A stretch of DNA of 64,000 nt, taken from the NCBI GenBank assembly GCA_035647615.1, contig DASRND010000038.1, positions 65,274 through 129,273 on the forward strand. Reading direction: 5' to 3'. Below the pieces are notes generated by a model. It made no database searches, had not been told where the DNA came from, and was given only the letters and a program-made list of their open reading frames with translations. The DNA is from Bacteroidales bacterium. GTDB taxonomy: Bacteria > Bacteroidota > Bacteroidia > Bacteroidales > 4484-276. Position 1 is the first letter of the stretch. Each line of letters begins with the position of its first letter. The position numbers and the translations under genes are program-made. Below are positions 59,603 to 64,000 of the stretch, piece by piece.

Positions 59603-59640
59603 CCGCGCTTTATTTTTTATAATTCAAAATTTATCCTCAC

Positions 59641-60120
59641 ATGCTACAACGTATTCAATCGGTATTTCTTTTCATGGTGGTCGTCTTCGGTGTAATGACG
59701 CTTTTGCTGCCTATCGCCGGATTCACGGGCGAAATGAACATGCTCAGGTTTTATCTTTACTCTGTCGAAGAGTTATCTCCGGCACCTTTTGGCGATGCCA
59801 CATCAGCTTTTGGCCGCTGGTTTACGCTGCCACTTGCACTGGGCCAGTTTCTAATCATCCTCATTGCCTTTATCACCATCTTTCAATACAAGCGGCGCAT
59901 GCTGCAAATCAGGCTGAACCTGCTGAATATCTTTTTGAATGTGTTGCTCATCGGAGGCATTTTCTATTATGCAAACTTGCTCGAAACAGCTTCGGGAGTT
60001 ACAGCCGATTATCAGATAGCCACAATCTTTCCGCTTTTATCACTGGTAATGATTTTTTTGGCCAACCATTTCATCCGCAAAGACGAGAAGCTGATACGTT
60101 CGTCCAACCGCCTGCGCTAG
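59641..60120 (+). CDS. small polytopic membrane protein (DUF4293-like)
   Basis: MLQRIQSVFLFMVVVF... with about 4 TM helices. It is divergent from rho, as commonly seen in Bacteroidota. The family name is recalled from memory, not searched. Confidence 0.6.
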   Translation: MLQRIQSVFLFMVVVFGVMTLLLPIAGFTGEMNMLRFYLYSVEELSPAPFGDATSAFGRWFTLPLALGQFLIILIAFITIFQYKRRMLQIRLNLLNIFLNVLLIGGIFYYANLLETASGVTADYQIATIFPLLSLVMIFLANHFIRKDEKLIRSSNRLR

Positions 60121-60617
60121 CGCAAGGCTCTCGTTTTCTCGAATATTTCCAGATTTTTGATCTCTTTCCCGTCGATGTCAAATCGCATCATGGTGATTAC
60201 GTTGTGAAAACCTGAATTGCCGGCAGCCCCGGGGTTGAGATGCAACAGATTGTGCTTTTTGTCATAAATCACTTTGAGAATATGCGAATGGCCTGAGATG
60301 AATATGGCCGGATATTCTTTTGCTATAATGCGCCGGGCTTCGGGAGAGTATCTGCCTGGATATCCACCAATGTGTATCATCGCCAGCTTTGTGTCTTCTA
60401 TTTTATCAATAAAAACCTCCGGACATTGCAGGCGCAAATCATGGTCATCAATATTACCATACACTGCTTTTACCTCGGCGAACTTACGCAATTCATCAAG
60501 AACGGATACGGAACCAATATCGCCGGCGTGCCATATCTGGCTACAGCCCGAAAAAAAATCGGCAGCACTTTCCGGGAAGCTTCCGTGGGTATCGCTTAAA
60601 AGTCCGATGCGTGTCAT
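60117..60617 (-). CDS. YfcE/MJ0936-family metallophosphoesterase
   Basis: IGLLSDTHG, HAGDIG, VYGNID and ISGHSH motifs; 166 aa. Confidence 0.85.
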   Translation of the reverse strand: MTRIGLLSDTHGSFPESAADFFSGCSQIWHAGDIGSVSVLDELRKFAEVKAVYGNIDDHDLRLQCPEVFIDKIEDTKLAMIHIGGYPGRYSPEARRIIAKEYPAIFISGHSHILKVIYDKKHNLLHLNPGAAGNSGFHNVITMMRFDIDGKEIKNLEIFEKTRALR

Positions 60618-60620
60618 CCG

Positions 60621-61439
60621 TTATATTTGGTTGGCATTGTTGGAAGGAACGTACTGATGCTTGTTTTGATTGCTCAGGCTAAAGGTAATTTTTAGGGTCA
60701 GCACAGTGCGAACAGCCTCTCCGGCTTTGATGCCCGGAAACCAGCGCATCATTTTCAACAGCCGGATGGCCTCCTCATTGCAACCTGCACCCACACTTTG
60801 CAGCACCTTAATGTTGCTCACATTTCCTGAAGGCTCAGCCACGAAATAAAGCTCTACCGTACCCGTAACACCTTGTTTCAGAGCTGCGTCAGGATATTGA
60901 AGATGTTGATTGATGAAATCAGAAAAATTAGTAGCCATTTCATCAAACAATGGATGCGGTGACACATCAAGTTGCTGCACAGGATATATTTCTACCGAGA
61001 CACTCACCGGCTCATGCGGATAAGATACCTGATCGTAGCTGCGCTGGCGCACACAACGTTTGTATTTTTTCAAATTAAAATCAAATGGAATCTCCTGCTG
61101 CTGGTCGATATACACACCGTTGGCCATCGCCGGAACCCATTGCAGCAAATGGAAAAGCCGCAGTGCTTCTTCGTCGAGATTCTTACTTACGCTTTTTACA
61201 ACACGTGCATCTGCAATGCTGCCATGACTTTTTACTGTGAAGGCAATTATTACAGTACCCTCCTGCTTTGCTTCACGCGCTGCCGCCGGATAGACCATTT
61301 CAGTCCTCATGAGGTCGCGCATAGCCGACTTGCCGCCATAAGGGTGTGCATCTACAAAAGTGCCCATTTGCGCATCCGCCGGCAATGCCGCAAGCAATAT
61401 CATCAACAATTGGCAAATTTTTGAAATCATACCACTCAT
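60621..61439 (-). CDS. secreted protein with two TonB C-terminal (energy-transducer) domains
   Basis: Signal peptide, then two repeats of the YP..A...GV.GTV...F.V...G....i.V..S.g...deEAiR.l TonB_C pattern. Confidence 0.75.
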   Translation of the reverse strand: MSGMISKICQLLMILLAALPADAQMGTFVDAHPYGGKSAMRDLMRTEMVYPAAAREAKQEGTVIIAFTVKSHGSIADARVVKSVSKNLDEEALRLFHLLQWVPAMANGVYIDQQQEIPFDFNLKKYKRCVRQRSYDQVSYPHEPVSVSVEIYPVQQLDVSPHPLFDEMATNFSDFINQHLQYPDAALKQGVTGTVELYFVAEPSGNVSNIKVLQSVGAGCNEEAIRLLKMMRWFPGIKAGEAVRTVLTLKITFSLSNQNKHQYVPSNNANQI

Positions 61440-61546
61440 TGTTTTTATGGGTAAAAATTAATAACGGCTTAAAGGTAAAATAATTTTGATATCCCGAACC
61501 GTCTGCAGCTACACATTTTTTAATATTTTTATCGCAAATTTAAACT

Positions 61547-62887
61547 ATGGATTTATTGTTCACACTCATAATGGTTGCTGCCGGCCTGGCCGTTGGGGGT
61601 GTTGGTGGTTTTTTTATTTCGCACCAACGGCTAACTGCAAGCCGTAAACAACACGAATTGACACAGAAACAACTTGGCGATCTCCTCGTCGACCAACGGG
61701 TAAATCAGCAGCAGCTAGACGAAAAAACCCGGCAGGCTCTTCAACTCGAAGCAGAACTGGGAACAAACCGGCAGGAGCTTTTGAGTATCTCCACACAACT
61801 GGCCTCCAGAGATACACAAATAGATCATCTCAACCTGAAGCTCAGCGAAAACAAGGAGGAACTGGAGAAAATTTACGCTAAGTTTTCGGATGAGTTTAAA
61901 AATCTCTCCAATGAAATCCTGTCGCGCGAGAGTCTCCATTTTACCGAAACCAACAAAGCCAACATGGAGCTGCTGCTAAAACCGCTGGGCGAGCGCATCC
62001 GTGATTTTGAGAAAAAGATAGAGGAGGTTTATGATAAAGAATCTCAACAACGCTTTTCGCTAAAGGAAGAGGTGGTGCGGCTTGCCGAGCTCAATAAGCA
62101 AATGAGCCTGGAAGCGCAAAACCTGACGCAGGCGTTGAAAGGACAGGCCAAAACGCAGGGCGGCTGGGGCGAGATGATCCTGGCGACGCTCCTCGAACAG
62201 TCGGGGCTGGTGAAAGGACGCGAGTTTGAAGTGCAGAAATCATTTACCGACCAAACGGGCAGCCGCCTGCAACCCGACGTGGTTCTGCGCCTTCCCGACA
62301 ACAAAACCGTAGTGATCGACGCCAAAGTTTCGCTCACAGCCTACGAACGCTACGCCAACTGCCAGCAGGAAGAGATGCAAACTGTCGAGCTGAAAAACCA
62401 TCTGATTTCTGTAAAAAAACATATCGACGAGCTGGCAGCAAAAAACTACCAGCACATCTACCAAATCAACAGCCTCGACTTTGTACTGCTGTTTATGCCC
62501 ATCGAGCCGGCCTTTATGCTGGCTATGCACCACGATGGCGGATTGTGGAATCATGCTTTCCGGAAAGGCGTGTTGCTGGCAGGCCCGGCTAATTTAATCG
62601 CCATTCTGAAAATGACCGCAGCCCTCTGGCAGAAAGAGTATCAAAACCGTAATGTGCTGGAGATTGCCGCGGAAAGCGGAAAACTTTACGATAAGTTTGT
62701 TGCATTCGTCGGCGACCTCGACGATATAGGCGATAAACTTAAAGCTGCCCAAAACTGTTACGATAAAGCCTACAACAAACTAAGCACCGGGCGGGGCAAC
62801 CTTGTGAACCGCGCCGAAAAAATTAAAATGCTTGGCGCACAAACCACACGTGAATTACCAAAAAATCTTCTTGAAAATGGCCAATAA
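61547..62887 (+). CDS. rmuC: DNA recombination protein RmuC
   Basis: N-terminal TM helix, a long coiled coil, and a C-terminal RmuC nuclease-like domain (PDVVLRLPDNKTVVIDAKVSL...FVLLFMPIE). Confidence 0.88.
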   Translation: MDLLFTLIMVAAGLAVGGVGGFFISHQRLTASRKQHELTQKQLGDLLVDQRVNQQQLDEKTRQALQLEAELGTNRQELLSISTQLASRDTQIDHLNLKLSENKEELEKIYAKFSDEFKNLSNEILSRESLHFTETNKANMELLLKPLGERIRDFEKKIEEVYDKESQQRFSLKEEVVRLAELNKQMSLEAQNLTQALKGQAKTQGGWGEMILATLLEQSGLVKGREFEVQKSFTDQTGSRLQPDVVLRLPDNKTVVIDAKVSLTAYERYANCQQEEMQTVELKNHLISVKKHIDELAAKNYQHIYQINSLDFVLLFMPIEPAFMLAMHHDGGLWNHAFRKGVLLAGPANLIAILKMTAALWQKEYQNRNVLEIAAESGKLYDKFVAFVGDLDDIGDKLKAAQNCYDKAYNKLSTGRGNLVNRAEKIKMLGAQTTRELPKNLLENGQ

Positions 62888-64000
62888 CAAACTCATCCAT
62901 TTATACCACAACCAGTGTTTTGGAAAAACCTTGCTGATCTTAGCTATTATTTTGGCTACAGCCACCTGCAAAACCACCAACCAAACCACCTACACCAATC
63001 TGGCTGCACACTATCAGCCGGACGAGGAATCGGCCATCAGCGGTATCCGCATCTTTCACGAAACCGACAGCCTCACACGCGTATATCTGCAATACAGCAC
63101 CGGTGGGCTGCTCTACCAGCAACCGCCTAACAAAGAATTTCTGCAGGCAAATTATTCCATCAGCTACCAGCTGTTTTCGTCGTACGAATGTAGCACAGTG
63201 CTCGACGAGCAGACTTTCCGTTTTTCTGATTCGCTCTATGCAACCAGCGCCGCCGAGCTTACTTTCGATTTTGCCGTGCAGGCTTTTGCCCCCGAAACCT
63301 ATCTGCTGCAAATACGCTTTGCCGATCTCAACAAAGATGAAGCGGTGCTCTATCCGCGCATGATTTATAAAGCGTCGCCCGGCAACACCCAAAACTTTTT
63401 GCCTGTGGACGAAAATGGCGCCATCGTTTACACCGACTGGATTAGTTGGAAAACCAAGTTCAATGTGAGAACCAACCGCCGCGACCTGGGCAAAATGGTG
63501 GTGAGTTATTTTGAAGAATCGTTTCCACCTGCAATTCCGCCCTTTGCGGGAAGTCATCCTGAAGCCTACCAATACCGCCCACAAAAAACAACGCTGTTAC
63601 CTTTGGCGAACGGCCAAAGCGAATATGTGCAATATGTTAAAGAAGGAATCTATCATTTTCAAAACGACACCACACAGCGCGAAGGACTGACGCTTTTTCG
63701 TTTTTACGATGATTACCCGGAAGTAACGCGGCCGAAGCAGATGGTGGAACCGTTGCGCTATCTTACCTCCAACACCGAATTTAAACAACTCGAACAATCC
63801 CTTGACCCGCGCCAGGCCATCGACAGCTTTTGGGTAGCTACAGCGGGCAATCCAGAACGCGCCACCGAACTTATCCGCGATTATTACAGTCGGGTGCAGT
63901 ATGCCAACCGCTACTTTACTTCCCACAAAGAAGGCTGGAAAACCGACCGCGGCATGCTGTACATTATTTATGGTGCGCCCTCCACGGTTTATCGCCGCAA
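62877..64000 (+). CDS. GWxTD-domain lipoprotein (3' end outside the window; absent from the supplied ORF track)
   Basis: The reading frame whose codons start at positions divisible by 3 is open from the ATG at 62877 to nt 64000 (checked codon by codon). Signal/lipobox-like MANNKLIHLYHNQCFGKTLLILAIILATATC. Near the end, HKEGWKTDRGMLYIIYGAP is the GWxTD signature. The start overlaps the rmuC stop by 11 nt. Confidence 0.8.
   Translation, partial: MANNKLIHLYHNQCFGKTLLILAIILATATCKTTNQTTYTNLAAHYQPDEESAISGIRIFHETDSLTRVYLQYSTGGLLYQQPPNKEFLQANYSISYQLFSSYECSTVLDEQTFRFSDSLYATSAAELTFDFAVQAFAPETYLLQIRFADLNKDEAVLYPRMIYKASPGNTQNFLPVDENGAIVYTDWISWKTKFNVRTNRRDLGKMVVSYFEESFPPAIPPFAGSHPEAYQYRPQKTTLLPLANGQSEYVQYVKEGIYHFQNDTTQREGLTLFRFYDDYPEVTRPKQMVEPLRYLTSNTEFKQLEQSLDPRQAIDSFWVATAGNPERATELIRDYYSRVQYANRYFTSHKEGWKTDRGMLYIIYGAPSTVYRR

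Noticed and set aside
62940-63926. Minus-strand ORFs 62940-63584 (214 aa) and 63597-63926 (109 aa), and plus-strand ORFs 62915-63130 and 63103-63363.
   Set aside because: They are shadows of the uninterrupted plus-strand GWxTD-domain frame (62877 to the window end), which carries a signal peptide and the family signature.

Overview
This window looks like a Bacteroidota chromosomal segment and is mostly housekeeping. Lineage evidence: a T9SS C-terminal sorting domain, TAnnTTTG -7 promoter boxes, DUF4295/DUF4293 genes, and long tails on S16, L17 and Rho. The centre (33.1-51.4 kb, minus strand) is an uninterrupted str-S10-spc-alpha ribosomal superoperon running rpsL-rpsG-fusA-rpsJ...secY-map-infA-rpmJ-rpsM-rpsK-rpsD-rpoA-rplQ, followed by eno. 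Other minus-strand blocks are rho-rpmG-DUF4295-ftsY-rimO and rpsP-rimM-tRNA methyltransferase-amidotransferase-hldD. The plus-strand left third carries a T9SS cargo protein, tRNA-Leu(GAG), a FadL-like OMP/SGNH lipoprotein pair, GH13 amylase, rdgB, an M48 peptidase, SDR plus FNR-like genes, rlmN, truA, two Na+ symporters, an HhH protein, a TPR protein and an LTA-synthase-like sulfatase. Four genes absent from the supplied ORF track were found by hand translation: rpmJ, rpmD, a 50-aa DUF4295 gene, and a 3'-truncated GWxTD-domain gene (62877 to the window end). I see no multi-gene defence or secretion island and no convincing novel protein system. The unusual content is non-coding or mobile: (i) an AT-rich IS200/Y1 (RAYT-like) transposase gene bracketed by at least 8 REP-like hairpin units in both orientations; (ii) a ~142-bp GC-rich element present twice in inverted orientation 21 kb apart; (iii) several other short intergenic repeat families. 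Secondary curiosities are a fused LeuC-LeuD-type aconitase-family protein, a radical-SAM/CGGC gene pair beside a 580-bp structured gene-free spacer, and a repeat-encoded low-complexity insertion in Rho. All coordinates and motifs were read by eye. Homology calls rest on recognised sequence motifs, not database searches.
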